Shown: positions 28,455 to 38,317 of the stretch, one piece after another
Layout: every line of letters starts with the position of its first letter
How positions within the stretch are numbered: position 1 is the first letter of the stretch
Assembly: GCA_903851045.1 (NCBI GenBank)
Contig: CAINNF010000019.1
Span: 47,854-111,853 of the forward strand
DNA from: Candidatus Adlerbacteria bacterium
GTDB taxonomy: Bacteria; Patescibacteriota; Minisyncoccia; Phycocordibacterales; SBAW01
Reading direction: 5' to 3'
Length of the DNA stretch: 64,000 bases
Notes under the pieces: generated by a model
What the model was told of the DNA's origin: nothing
What the model saw: the letters and a program-made list of their open reading frames with translations, nothing else
Database searches by the model: none
Made by a program: the position numbers and the translations under genes

Positions 28455-29678
28455 TTATTCGTACTTGAGCGCCTCGATCGGATTGAGCGTCGCCGCACGG
28501 CGTGCCGGATAGTAACCGAACGAGATGCCGATGAGCGCCGACACGCCGAACGACAGCAGTACCGCTCCGAGCGAAACGTTCGTTTTCACAAGTCCCGAAT
28601 AATTGACCCCGAAGGATATGATGGTGCCAAGCATGATGCCAATGACACCACCGACCACCGTGAGCGCAATCGCTTCGATAAGGAACTGCTTGCTGATATC
28701 CCCCTCGCGCGCACCGATAGCCTTGCGCAACCCGATCTCGCGTGTACGCTCGGTCACGGTCGTAAGCATCATGTTCATGATACCGATACCGCCAACCAAG
28801 AGCGAGATGCCTGCTATCGCACCAAGCAGATAGGTGAGTGTCGCGGTGATGCTTGAGGCGCTCGCAAGTATGTCCGCCTGATTCAAGACGCTAAAGTCGG
28901 CCTGGGTCGAGTCGGATATGTGGTGTCGGGTGAGTAGTAGGGACGTGATGTCTGCCTGCGCCTGGGTCATACTGTCCGCGTTTACCGCCTGCACATCGAT
29001 CGTCGTGAGGTACGTGTTGCCGGAAAGGAACCGCTGTGCGGTCACGACCGGCACATAGATCATGTCATCCTGATTGTTGAATCCGCTGCCGCCCTTGGCG
29101 ACCGTGATGCCAATCACCCTAAATTCGATACCTTTGATACGGATGGTTTGACCGATCGCCTCCGCACCGGTGCCAAAGAGGTCATCACGTGCGGTTGGCC
29201 CCAGCACCGCCACTTTCGAAAGAGACACACTCTGTTCGTCGGAGATAAACGAGCCTTCGCCTATTTGCACGTTACGAATGTCGGCATAGCTCGCACTGAC
29301 ACCGTCGACGGTCGTGTTGGTGTTGGTACCAACGGCGGTCACCTGGTAGCGCCCAGACACCTCCGAAGCCACTTCTTGTATGTTCGTGATGCTTGCAAGA
29401 GCCGCTGCGTCTGCCGGGGTGAGCGTCTTTGCTCCGCCGCGACCGCCGCTCACCCCAAAGCCACCGGGTGTGCGTTGTGCGCCCGGCGTGATGATGAGCA
29501 GGTTCGAACCGAGCGACTGGATACTCGACTGGATAGAGCTCGAGGCGCCCTGCCCGATCGAGACGAGCGCGATGACCGAAGCGATACCGATCACGATACC
29601 GAGCACGGTAAGCCCCGAACGCGTTTTATTCGCCGATAGTGCGATATAGGTCTCCTCTAACGTATCTTTGATCGTCAT
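28455..29678 (-). CDS. ABC transporter permease, MacB/FtsX family
   Basis: N-terminal TM, large periplasmic domain, C-terminal FtsX-type 3-TM bundle. Confidence 0.85.
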   Translation of the reverse strand: MTIKDTLEETYIALSANKTRSGLTVLGIVIGIASVIALVSIGQGASSSIQSSIQSLGSNLLIITPGAQRTPGGFGVSGGRGGAKTLTPADAAALASITNIQEVASEVSGRYQVTAVGTNTNTTVDGVSASYADIRNVQIGEGSFISDEQSVSLSKVAVLGPTARDDLFGTGAEAIGQTIRIKGIEFRVIGITVAKGGSGFNNQDDMIYVPVVTAQRFLSGNTYLTTIDVQAVNADSMTQAQADITSLLLTRHHISDSTQADFSVLNQADILASASSITATLTYLLGAIAGISLLVGGIGIMNMMLTTVTERTREIGLRKAIGAREGDISKQFLIEAIALTVVGGVIGIMLGTIISFGVNYSGLVKTNVSLGAVLLSFGVSALIGISFGYYPARRAATLNPIEALKYE

Positions 29679-30382
29679 ATAGTGTGCGATGCGACGCGCT
29701 GGGTATGCTTCTTATCCGAGACGATCAGACCATCGCGGATGGTGATGATCCTCTTGGCGTGCGCAGCGACATCCGGTTCGTGGGTAATAAGGATGATGGT
29801 ACGACCATGGTCTTGGTTCAGTCTTTGGAACGTGCCAAGGACGATCTCTCCCGTCTTCGTGTCTAGGTTACCGGTCGGTTCGTCCGCGAGCACGAGCGTG
29901 GGATCGTTCACGAGCGCACGTGCGATAGCGACACGCTGGATCTGCCCGCCGGAGAGCTCGTTACTTTTGTGCAGAAAATGCGACTCGGTCATGCCTGCTG
30001 CCATAAGCGACTCTTCGGCGCGCCTTCTGCGCTCTTCTTCAGGGACACCGACGTACATCAGCGGCAACATGACATTGCGCAATACCGTGGTGCGGGGGAG
30101 GAGATTGAACGATTGGAAGACGAATCCGACCTTGTCCCGTCGGATGTCCGCAAGATCCTCATTCGTCATCTTCGACACGTCCTTATGGTCCAGCAAGTAG
30201 GTGCCGGAGGTCGGCGTATCGAGACAACCGAGGATATGCATGAGCGTCGACTTGCCGGAGCCCGACGGACCCATGATAGCCACGAACTCACCGTCCTCGA
30301 TAGCGAAGGATACCCCCTTCAGTGCCTGAAAACTGTTCTCACCGGTGCCGTACGTCTTGGTGATGTCTTTTGTTTCGATCAT
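29675..30382 (-). CDS. ABC transporter ATP-binding protein (MacB/LolD-type)
   Basis: Walker A GPSGSGKST, signature LSGGQIQRVAIARAL, Walker B LVLADEPTGNLD. Confidence 0.9.
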   Translation of the reverse strand: MIETKDITKTYGTGENSFQALKGVSFAIEDGEFVAIMGPSGSGKSTLMHILGCLDTPTSGTYLLDHKDVSKMTNEDLADIRRDKVGFVFQSFNLLPRTTVLRNVMLPLMYVGVPEEERRRRAEESLMAAGMTESHFLHKSNELSGGQIQRVAIARALVNDPTLVLADEPTGNLDTKTGEIVLGTFQRLNQDHGRTIILITHEPDVAAHAKRIITIRDGLIVSDKKHTQRVASHTI

Positions 30383-30385
30383 AGG

Positions 30386-32164
30386 TTAGGGGATCCGGAT
30401 AGCACCTGCGCTCGCTCCGTTCGGACCGCCGAATCCGCCTGTCCTCGTGCTTGCCGAGGACGTGGTCTGCGTTGCGGCGGTACCGGTGAGCGATCGGGTC
30501 ACGATCTGCTGACCCTCCGTCAGACCCGAGAGGATCTCGATGTTCGTGTCATCCGACAGACCAGTGGTGACCGGGACCTGCTGCGGGGCGACACTGGAGA
30601 GCACACCGGTCGAGCCTGCGGTCGCGACCGTCGTCGATGCGATTGGCGGGACGAACGCAAGCACATAGGATTGACCGCTCTGTGTCTTGACCGCCGCGAG
30701 TGGTACGGTCAGAACGTTTTGCGCCACACCGGTCTGTATCGTCGCGTTCACGGTCATGCCGGGTTTGATCTGCGCGTTCTGCGAGTCGAAGCTGATCTTC
30801 ACATCATAACTGACGACACCAGAGGACACCGTGCCGACCGGGTCTATCTCGGCGACCGTGCCGGTAAGCGTGAGGGTCGTAATCGCATCGAACGTAAGCG
30901 TCGCCTTGTCACCCAACTTGATCTTGGCAGCATCGACCTCGTTCAACGACAGCTCCGCCAACTGCTTTTGTGTCACGATGGTCGCGATAGAGGTACCGCC
31001 GCTCGCTTGGTCATACTTGTTCGCCGAGACCGCCGCGATGGTGCCGGAGAACGGTGCGCGTATGTAGTAGTTCGCAAGCGTATCCTGCGCATCCTGCAAG
31101 GAATTCTGGCTCTTGGTGACGTTCAGTTCGGCGCTTTGCAGGTCTAGCGGGTCGGTACCTTGTTGGGTCTGGGCAAGCGTCTGCTGCGCCACGGTAATGC
31201 TATTCTTATTGTTCGTCAGATTGTTCTCGTCCGACAGGAGCGTGGTGATGTGCGTCTGCAACTTCGACTGGTACGTGTTGAGGTTCGCGATCTGTGTCGT
31301 TGCTACGGTACGCGGTGTCAGACCATTCTGCGTCAACTGGTCGCTGTAGAATTGGATAAGGTCGTACGAGCTCTTTGCTGCGGCCGCCATGAGCGCCGTG
31401 GTCGCTCGTGTCTCAGCAAGCATACCTTCGATAGAAGCCTGGCTCGGCGCCGCTCCAAGTGCCTGGAAGTCCGAGAATGTCTGATTGTACGAGTTGCGCG
31501 CCGCGATGTAGTCGCTATATGCGGTATCTCGATAACTGGTCGCCTGCGTATTGAAGCGCAATGCTTGGTCACGGTAGTAGTCGATGTTCCACTGTATACC
31601 AGGCGCTGCCGCCTCGTTACCCAAATTCACGTCTTGGAGAGCGGTGATGATCGCGGGTAAGTCTAGGAACGTCGACGTCATGTCGGTGTAGCTGCTTTGG
31701 TACTGCGTGAGTAGGGTCTGCTTCGCTTGATCGATCGCGTTCTGCTGCTGCGTGATGGTCAGGGTCGTGGCAGCCTCCTGTAGTTTTTGAAGGGAGAGTT
31801 TGGCACTGGTGAGGTTCGCCTGTGCATCACGTACCGCCTTTTGTGCCGTGGTCGGATCGATCTCGGCGATCAAGTCTCCGGTCGCGACCTTCTGACCGGG
31901 AGTCACGCCGATAAAGATGATCTGTCCCGACACTTGTGGCTTGAGGTCGAGCTGTTGGTTCGCCGCCACCTGGCCAGACCCGGTTACGGTCGAAATGATG
32001 GTACCTTGCGAGACCATACCAAGCACGTACCGTGTTTGGCCGGTCGTCGACGTGGCTTTGCTCCATGCCCACCACCCGCCTCCGGCGAGAATGATAATGA
32101 AGAGCGCCGTCCAGAACTTATGACGTGCGAGGAACGAGCTTGATGAGGACAGAGATGCTTTCAT
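30386..32164 (-). CDS. Periplasmic adaptor subunit (HlyD/MacA-like membrane fusion protein) with long coiled-coil and Gly-rich C-terminus
   Basis: N-terminal TM, biotinyl/lipoyl-like hairpin halves, extended Q/A-rich coiled coil, beta-barrel domain. Confidence 0.75.
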   Translation of the reverse strand: MKASLSSSSSFLARHKFWTALFIIILAGGGWWAWSKATSTTGQTRYVLGMVSQGTIISTVTGSGQVAANQQLDLKPQVSGQIIFIGVTPGQKVATGDLIAEIDPTTAQKAVRDAQANLTSAKLSLQKLQEAATTLTITQQQNAIDQAKQTLLTQYQSSYTDMTSTFLDLPAIITALQDVNLGNEAAAPGIQWNIDYYRDQALRFNTQATSYRDTAYSDYIAARNSYNQTFSDFQALGAAPSQASIEGMLAETRATTALMAAAAKSSYDLIQFYSDQLTQNGLTPRTVATTQIANLNTYQSKLQTHITTLLSDENNLTNNKNSITVAQQTLAQTQQGTDPLDLQSAELNVTKSQNSLQDAQDTLANYYIRAPFSGTIAAVSANKYDQASGGTSIATIVTQKQLAELSLNEVDAAKIKLGDKATLTFDAITTLTLTGTVAEIDPVGTVSSGVVSYDVKISFDSQNAQIKPGMTVNATIQTGVAQNVLTVPLAAVKTQSGQSYVLAFVPPIASTTVATAGSTGVLSSVAPQQVPVTTGLSDDTNIEILSGLTEGQQIVTRSLTGTAATQTTSSASTRTGGFGGPNGASAGAIRIP

Positions 32165-32179
32165 ACGTACTATAATCGG

Positions 32180-32632
32180 TTATCGTGCCGGAGAAGGAGC
32201 CGGTGCTATGTTTATAAATCGGGCAGTGAATTCCTCTGCACTGTTCTCCGGATCACCAAGAACCGTCACTTCTTGCCCAACAGTAAGACTGTTCTCGGTC
32301 ACGCCCGGGAAACCACGGATGACGGTGCTCGAACCGACCGTAACGGTCTCCGATTCGCCCTCCCGCGTTGCGACGGTAAAAGTGGGGAGCGAGACCGCGG
32401 TGACCGTGCCGACGACTCCGTGGCCACGAGGGATGAAACTATGACTGAAAAACCCGAACTCCGGTATCGGCCCATGCGACGGATCGTGCATGTCATGGAA
32501 GATGCGCCGCTCACCGAACGCGACACCCGCATGAAAGATAAGCAGGCCGATCACCACCTCTCCAATGATAACGATGACTGCGACTCCTGCTTTGGACGAA
32601 TGTAGACGATGCAGAAGTTCTTTGTGGTTCAT
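32180..32632 (-). CDS. Membrane-anchored hypothetical protein (DUF5666-like)
   Basis: Paralogous to 27938-28396; sits between the anti-sigma-like gene and the MacA-like gene. Confidence 0.45.
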   Translation of the reverse strand: MNHKELLHRLHSSKAGVAVIVIIGEVVIGLLIFHAGVAFGERRIFHDMHDPSHGPIPEFGFFSHSFIPRGHGVVGTVTAVSLPTFTVATREGESETVTVGSSTVIRGFPGVTENSLTVGQEVTVLGDPENSAEEFTARFINIAPAPSPAR

Positions 32633-33042
32633 ACGGTTCGTGTGAGAGGTGTGAACGCGATCTTACTACTGAGCATCACTCGTCTCAGCGACCATACCAG
32701 GACGGCAGTGACCACGCCCGCACCAAGTAGAGCGAGCGACGGAAGCGACTCGACGAGCGAGTACAAAAGCTCCTGGGAGGAGCTGGAGATACTGCCAGAG
32801 TCGGTCGAGAACAGGAGCGACGCGTACTCATAGAACCCGGATGCGTAGAATTCTTGACCGATACTCTGCGCAAGCGGCACGAGCAGCATACCTGAGATGA
32901 AACAGGTACTTGTTTGAAAGAAGAACTGCCATCGCGCCGCACGTCGGCGGGCCTCGGCGATACGCGCCATAATGACACTATACAGCCCAGGAGGAGGCTC
33001 AATTTCGCTCAATATAGTACCAAAATCAGCTGTTTTTGCCAT
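32629..33042 (-). CDS. Putative anti-sigma factor (membrane protein downstream of the ECF sigma)
   Basis: Position and topology (cytoplasmic N-terminus, TM) only. Confidence 0.4.
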   Translation of the reverse strand: MAKTADFGTILSEIEPPPGLYSVIMARIAEARRRAARWQFFFQTSTCFISGMLLVPLAQSIGQEFYASGFYEYASLLFSTDSGSISSSSQELLYSLVESLPSLALLGAGVVTAVLVWSLRRVMLSSKIAFTPLTRTV

Positions 33043-33052
33043 ATGTACTCGT

Positions 33053-33652
33053 TTATACGTCGGTCCCTTCAGGACCGGTGCTTTTTTCGTTTTTTTGGCC
33101 TAATATCTTGCGCAAACTGATGATTGCCCGGTGGTGGCGACTCTTGACCGTGTTCTGGGGCTCTCCCAACATCTCACCGATCTCGAGGAAGGTCAGCTCG
33201 TTCGTATAATGCAACAGGAGTATCTCGCGCGCGTCGGGAGACAACTGGGCGAGCGCTTCTTGGACCACCTCGGCATCTTGTAACTTCGCGAACGCCTCAT
33301 CCGGTAGGGCTTCGGTGTCCGCGACCGTTTCGACGAGCATGTTGTGGCCATCCTCGGTGTCGAATTGTGAGAAGGGAACATACTTGCGTTTTCGCAGATG
33401 ATCGATCGCGGCGTTGCGTGCGATGTGGAGCACCCACGTCTTGAACCTGCTCGCTTCTTCCCGGTATTGCTTCGCGCTTTTCCATGCCTTCACGAACGTC
33501 TCTTGTACGATATCGTCGGCGTCATGCGCGTTACCAACGAAGCGCACGACGAAAGAATAGACGGTCGTCAGATGCCGCTCCACCAAAAGAGAAAAGGCTT
33601 GTTCGTCGCCAGCCACAAAAGCGGCCAGCAACTCCTCGTCCGTGCGATCCAT
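33053..33652 (-). CDS. RNA polymerase sigma-70 factor, ECF subfamily
   Basis: Region 2 (DIVQETFVKAWK) and region 4 HTH (LTFLEIGEMLGEPQNTVKSRHHRA). Confidence 0.85.
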   Translation of the reverse strand: MDRTDEELLAAFVAGDEQAFSLLVERHLTTVYSFVVRFVGNAHDADDIVQETFVKAWKSAKQYREEASRFKTWVLHIARNAAIDHLRKRKYVPFSQFDTEDGHNMLVETVADTEALPDEAFAKLQDAEVVQEALAQLSPDAREILLLHYTNELTFLEIGEMLGEPQNTVKSRHHRAIISLRKILGQKNEKSTGPEGTDV

Positions 33653-33689
33653 ATTGTTAGTATATCGCATAGTGATACACTATCCGAAT

Positions 33690-34028
33690 ATGGAGCCCCA
33701 ACTTGATCGGATAGAAAAGAACCTCGGTGAACTCACAACTGCGGTCACCGGCCTAACCGGGGTAGTTACGGGGCTTGTAAAGACGGTGAACGAACACACG
33801 GTCGGCATCGAGAGTCTTACCAAAAAGGTAGACAGTAATACTCGTAGTATTGACGACCTTACAGAGATTGTTGTTTCTATGAAAGGGTATATGGAGACTG
33901 AACTGGTGACGAAGGAGGAGTTGGGTGGCAAGATGCAGGGTCTCCAACGAGCAATAGACGGCAACTACGAACGCCAAAGTGCCCTCGAATCCCGAATCCT
34001 CAAGGTTGAAACCAAACTACGTGTGTAA
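33690..34028 (+). CDS. Coiled-coil hypothetical protein
   Basis: Heptad-rich 112 aa; start placed at MEPQLDRIEK. Confidence 0.4.
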   Translation: MEPQLDRIEKNLGELTTAVTGLTGVVTGLVKTVNEHTVGIESLTKKVDSNTRSIDDLTEIVVSMKGYMETELVTKEELGGKMQGLQRAIDGNYERQSALESRILKVETKLRV

Positions 34029-34049
34029 ATAATGTGTAAATAAAAAGTG

Positions 34050-34073
34050 CCCGACCGCATACGCGCGGTCGGG
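34050..34073. terminator. Hairpin CCCGACCGC-n6-GCGGTCGGG acting mainly as terminator for the minus-strand 34093 gene
   Basis: 9-bp stem; the T-rich run follows on the minus strand. Confidence 0.5.
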
Positions 34074-34092
34074 ACACTCTGTGGGCACACTG

Positions 34093-35013
34093 TTAGTCGA
34101 TACGCTGGTGCGGTAGCACTGTCAGCTGCGTCAGCAGCAAAAGCGCATCGACGCTCGACCATGGATGCTCCGCACCTTTCCATGTCAAGGTTTTTACGTC
34201 ATCACCCTGGTATACCAAGCTGAAGGTCAGCTCGTTGGGATCAAACCAGAGCTCGCTAGGAGACGAATCGTCAACCGGAAGAATCCTGATTGAGCTATAA
34301 TCTCGATCGTTGGACAGTTCCTCGAGCGAAAATCCCGCTTCTGTAAGCTGTGCCTGCAGTTGGTCGTACAGACCCGCTACGTGGTGTTCAACGTCGATAG
34401 CAAGGCTCGGGTCAGCAATCAGGCGGTCCATGGCGCTGTAGCTCACCGACCAAGTGTCGGCCTTCAGACCGTACCCCGTCACGTCCAGAGTTTGGCCCGA
34501 AAAGATAGAGCGCAGCCGGTCGATTTGCGGGAGGAAGTTTGTCGCGGCGGTAAGCCACACCTGCCGGTCCGTGAGCCATTGCATGGCGTCCTTGGCAGCC
34601 CGCCCACCATCGAAGGCGTCATCGAACTGATTGTCGACATCTCTTCTCGTGGTGAGGTCCACTTCGAGTCGCCACTCCAACGTATTTACCGCTCGGAGCA
34701 GCGTGGCCAATTGCTCGACCGTCGTGTCCCGGTTCGCACGGGTAGCAGCTGTGTTTTGCGTATCAAATTGATTACGCAGTGTGCGCAAACTTGCGATGGT
34801 GTGGCCGAGAATAATCACACCGTCAGCTGTATCGGGGTCGATGTGCAGACCCCACCGCAGACGCAGCGGTTCTTGCGCACGACCAGCAAGATGGTTGCGA
34901 TCATGCGAGCGCACTCGCACCCACACTCCACCCGGAGTGTCGCGAGCGCCGTTGCGATCGACGGCGAAAAGGTTGAAGGAATTCCTCCCGACATCCGCTG
35001 CTGTGATTGGCAT
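34093..35013 (-). CDS. Hypothetical protein
   Basis: 306 aa from MPITAADVG (AAAGGG RBS); no domain recognised. Confidence 0.5.
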   Translation of the reverse strand: MPITAADVGRNSFNLFAVDRNGARDTPGGVWVRVRSHDRNHLAGRAQEPLRLRWGLHIDPDTADGVIILGHTIASLRTLRNQFDTQNTAATRANRDTTVEQLATLLRAVNTLEWRLEVDLTTRRDVDNQFDDAFDGGRAAKDAMQWLTDRQVWLTAATNFLPQIDRLRSIFSGQTLDVTGYGLKADTWSVSYSAMDRLIADPSLAIDVEHHVAGLYDQLQAQLTEAGFSLEELSNDRDYSSIRILPVDDSSPSELWFDPNELTFSLVYQGDDVKTLTWKGAEHPWSSVDALLLLTQLTVLPHQRID

Positions 35014-35120
35014 GGTAGACCCTTTCAGCGGCAGAGCCGCGTTGTTTTTGTCACTTCTGCTCTTGATTGTACTACATATCAATATATATGTCAATAACAC
35101 GCTCGTGCTAGACTTTAGCT

Positions 35121-36281
35121 ATGGAACCCTTGGCGAACAAGATACGGCCAACGACGCTTGATGGGTTCGTGGGCCAAGAACATCTGGTCAAGAAGGGTGA
35201 TACTTCGACGGGGCAGAGGGCGGGCCCCTTGCGCGAGGCGATCGATGGTAAACATCTTTTTTCCTTTATTTTGTGGGGGCCGCCAGGGTGCGGTAAGACG
35301 ACGCTCGCGCGCATATATGCTCACGCACTGGAGGCCGACTTCCATGAACTCTCTGCCGTCGACTCAGGCAAGGATGATATCAAGAAGGTGCTCCAACGGG
35401 GGCAGATACAGTTCTCGAACAAACCGAAAATTCTTTTTATCGACGAGATCCACCGATTCAATAAAGCGCAGCAGGACTTTCTGTTACCGTTCGTCGAGCG
35501 GGGAGAGTTGACGCTCATAGGCGCGACTACCGAGAACCCGTCGTTCGAGGTCATTCCCGCGCTCCTCTCGCGCTGTCGCGTGTTCGTGCTACAGGAGCTC
35601 GCGAGCGAGGATATGGAGCGCATACTCAAGCGTACGAAGATAAAGGTGCCCAAAGATGCGCGCGAATGGTTGATCGAGCTCAGCCAAGGTGATGCGCGAC
35701 AAGCGATTACCGTGCTCGAGAATACCCAAAAGTTGTACGGCAAGGTGACGCTCGAGACGCTCCGGGAGACGATCCAGTCCAAACACCTGCGCTACGACAA
35801 GAAAGGCGAAGAACACTTCAACACCATCTCCGCGTTCATTAAGTCGATGCGTGCGTCCCAAGTCGATGCAGCGCTCTACTACCTCGCGCGCATGGTGGAC
35901 GCGGGCGAGGACCCGCTCTTTATCGCCTGGCGTATGGTGATATTTGCGAGCGAGGATATCGGGCTCGCGGTACCGACCGCGCTCGTCGTCGCCAACGCGG
36001 TCTTTCGCGCATGCGAGACGGTCGGCTACCCAGAGGCACAGATCAATCTCGCGCACGGCGTCGCGTACTTGGCACAGTGCAAGAAGAGTCGTCGCTCGCA
36101 CGACGCCTACTTCGAGGCGCTCGCGGACGTACAAATGTTCGGCAACCTGCCGATTCCCATGAACATCCGCAACGCGCCCACCAAGCTCATGAAGGAACTT
36201 GGATATGGAAAAGGTTACGAACCATACGACACCGGCTCCTACTTGCCTGAAAAGTTGAAAGGGAAGGAGTATCTGCGGTAG
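35121..36281 (+). CDS. rarA: Replication-associated recombination protein A (MgsA/RarA AAA+ ATPase)
   Basis: GPPGCGKTTLARI, FIDEIHRFNK, RarA-specific C-terminal helical domains. Confidence 0.9.
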   Translation: MEPLANKIRPTTLDGFVGQEHLVKKGDTSTGQRAGPLREAIDGKHLFSFILWGPPGCGKTTLARIYAHALEADFHELSAVDSGKDDIKKVLQRGQIQFSNKPKILFIDEIHRFNKAQQDFLLPFVERGELTLIGATTENPSFEVIPALLSRCRVFVLQELASEDMERILKRTKIKVPKDAREWLIELSQGDARQAITVLENTQKLYGKVTLETLRETIQSKHLRYDKKGEEHFNTISAFIKSMRASQVDAALYYLARMVDAGEDPLFIAWRMVIFASEDIGLAVPTALVVANAVFRACETVGYPEAQINLAHGVAYLAQCKKSRRSHDAYFEALADVQMFGNLPIPMNIRNAPTKLMKELGYGKGYEPYDTGSYLPEKLKGKEYLR

Positions 36282-36302
36282 TCTGTTGTACACTAAAACA
36301 GT

Positions 36303-37100
36303 ATGTATAAAAGGGGACACATAGGACTGACCATAGAAACCATTTCAGATCTTGATGATACTCTCGAACAAGAGGTGAAGCGTGTACGGTGGTATCTGAA
36401 CGAGTGGAAAAGATATAAGGAGTTAGGGTACGACAGTGTTATACGCCTGCCTGCTGGCATTGACCCCGAAGATCCAGATGTAACGGACGACGATATACGC
36501 TTTGCGATACAAAAGGAGCTTAGTAGCAATCAAATAGACTACGAAACGTATGCGCGCACCTTCAAAGAGACCTGGGGAGCGATGCGAGAAAACATACTCC
36601 CTGCTATGGCGCACGTATATGGGTTCGAGCCTGTCGGACACTTTACGATCGCACCAACCGCATATGGTACAGGTGGCGGCTCGTTAGAAAAAGGTGGGCC
36701 GGTGTTTTTCCGGCTTCCCAAGTTCCGCCCTCACGCCAACGGCGCACCGATAACTGAAATCGAAGCTATTACGCATGAAATTTTGTGTCATGAATGTACC
36801 GCTAGTCTCCGCGAGGGAACCGCGCTTGACGATTCTCCAATATTCGCCACGCACCAGGATGTGAAGGAACTTCTTATGGACTATCTCGGTAGGACGCTTT
36901 TGGTACGTTCAGGTAGTATGAAACGCGAGGATGTGCGCATGGTTGGTGGGGGTAGTGCGCCGGAAGAAATACATTTTGACTCGCTCTATTATACCGACCC
37001 AAGCGCTCCTGACGAGAACGGTCTGCGCTTCGAAGGCCGGCTCCCCGAACTGGTACAGACAATCGTGGAGAAACTGAAGACGGTATCACCACATGTATGA
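36303..37100 (+). CDS. Hypothetical protein
   Basis: 265 aa; no family recognised. Confidence 0.5.
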   Translation: MYKRGHIGLTIETISDLDDTLEQEVKRVRWYLNEWKRYKELGYDSVIRLPAGIDPEDPDVTDDDIRFAIQKELSSNQIDYETYARTFKETWGAMRENILPAMAHVYGFEPVGHFTIAPTAYGTGGGSLEKGGPVFFRLPKFRPHANGAPITEIEAITHEILCHECTASLREGTALDDSPIFATHQDVKELLMDYLGRTLLVRSGSMKREDVRMVGGGSAPEEIHFDSLYYTDPSAPDENGLRFEGRLPELVQTIVEKLKTVSPHV

Positions 37101-37108
37101 AATAAGAA

Positions 37109-37144
37109 CGGGCCCGTCGAACGCATGTTGCGTTGACGGGCCCG
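37109..37144. repeat. GC-rich near-perfect hairpin CGGGCCCGTCGAACGC/GCGTTGACGGGCCCG between convergent genes
   Basis: 15-bp stem; its sequence resembles the core of the intragenic palindromic element (GCGTCAACAACGGGCCC). Confidence 0.55.
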
Positions 37145-37148
37145 AGGG

Positions 37149-37634
37149 TTACCACTCCTGCACCGATGGTTCGGCCATCTCCGCGCACCACGCGAAGCTG
37201 TAGATCGCCGACTCGATGATAACGCACAGGAGCAGCTCCAGCGACCGGAGCGGGTTCATGGCAAGGAACTCTCGCCGAACCGCCTGCAGCGCCCTCCTGC
37301 GCGACAAATAGTGGACGCGCGAACAGGCGAGCAAGAAATAGGCGGCCCACAGACCGAGCGCCGACTCAGCTACGAGCGCGTGGTCGAGGTCGACCGCACA
37401 CTGTCGTGCTGCGACCACCACGAGCGCTGTCCAAGAAAAGACTAGGGGCCCGGTCCAAAGGAGCATCTTGCTCCTGTGCACCAGATACGCTTGTACCCTG
37501 GCAGGAAGACCGTTGTAGGTCATCCAGAGGAGAATCAAGCCCGCCGCTGAAAGCATAACGATCATAATGATAGGGGTTCGATCCCCAGTCATCAGACCAG
37601 CAAACCCAGAAGTCCAATCCAGAGCGTAAGCCAC
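37149..37634 (-). CDS. Integral membrane protein, hypothetical
   Basis: Hydrophobic helices. Confidence 0.4.
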   Translation of the reverse strand: MAYALDWTSGFAGLMTGDRTPIIMIVMLSAAGLILLWMTYNGLPARVQAYLVHRSKMLLWTGPLVFSWTALVVVAARQCAVDLDHALVAESALGLWAAYFLLACSRVHYLSRRRALQAVRREFLAMNPLRSLELLLCVIIESAIYSFAWCAEMAEPSVQEW

Positions 37635-37758
37635 AGCAGCCTCCGTGTTTGTTGTTTGTTCACATGAACTCTCTGTTATAAATTGTAACAGTTATATTGA
37701 TTTTAGTCAAGTATTGCAACCGCTTTGCAAATCCGGCCTATTTTGGGACAATACGAGT

Positions 37759-38298
37759 ATGGAAACAGAGTCGGTGGTGCTCGGTGGGGGATGCTTTTGG
37801 TGCACAGAGGCCGTGTTCAAAATGCTTAAGGGAATTATCTCGATAGAGCCGGGATATGCGGGGCCTCCGGCTCGATCCGGACAAACAGTCACGTACGAAG
37901 CGGTAAGCACTGGGACAACGCCGTATATCGAAACCATACGTATTATCTACGACCCCTACCAACTTTCGTTCGAAGAGATCCTACATGTCTTCTTCGAGAC
38001 CCACGACCCGACGACGCCAAACCGACAGGGGAATGACGTTGGCCCACAATATCAGTCGGTCATCTTTTATACGACCGAGCGTCAAAAGGAGAAGTCGCAA
38101 CATTACATCGACGTACTCTCCAAAGGAGCGTACGAAAAGCCGCTGATAACCAAGGTGCTACCGCTCGATACGTTCTATGTCGCCGAGGACTACCACCAGA
38201 ACTATTTCGCTCGCAATACGAACGCTGGGTACTGTCAGCTCGTGATAGCCCCAAAGGTCGAGAAGGTCGAACAGAAATTCAAACACCTCTTGCGATAG
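37759..38298 (+). CDS. msrA: Peptide methionine sulfoxide reductase MsrA
   Basis: GGGCFWCTEAVF active-site motif; start placed at METESVV. Confidence 0.9.
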   Translation: METESVVLGGGCFWCTEAVFKMLKGIISIEPGYAGPPARSGQTVTYEAVSTGTTPYIETIRIIYDPYQLSFEEILHVFFETHDPTTPNRQGNDVGPQYQSVIFYTTERQKEKSQHYIDVLSKGAYEKPLITKVLPLDTFYVAEDYHQNYFARNTNAGYCQLVIAPKVEKVEQKFKHLLR

Positions 38299-38317
38299 AT
38301 TGGTGTAGAATGGTCAC

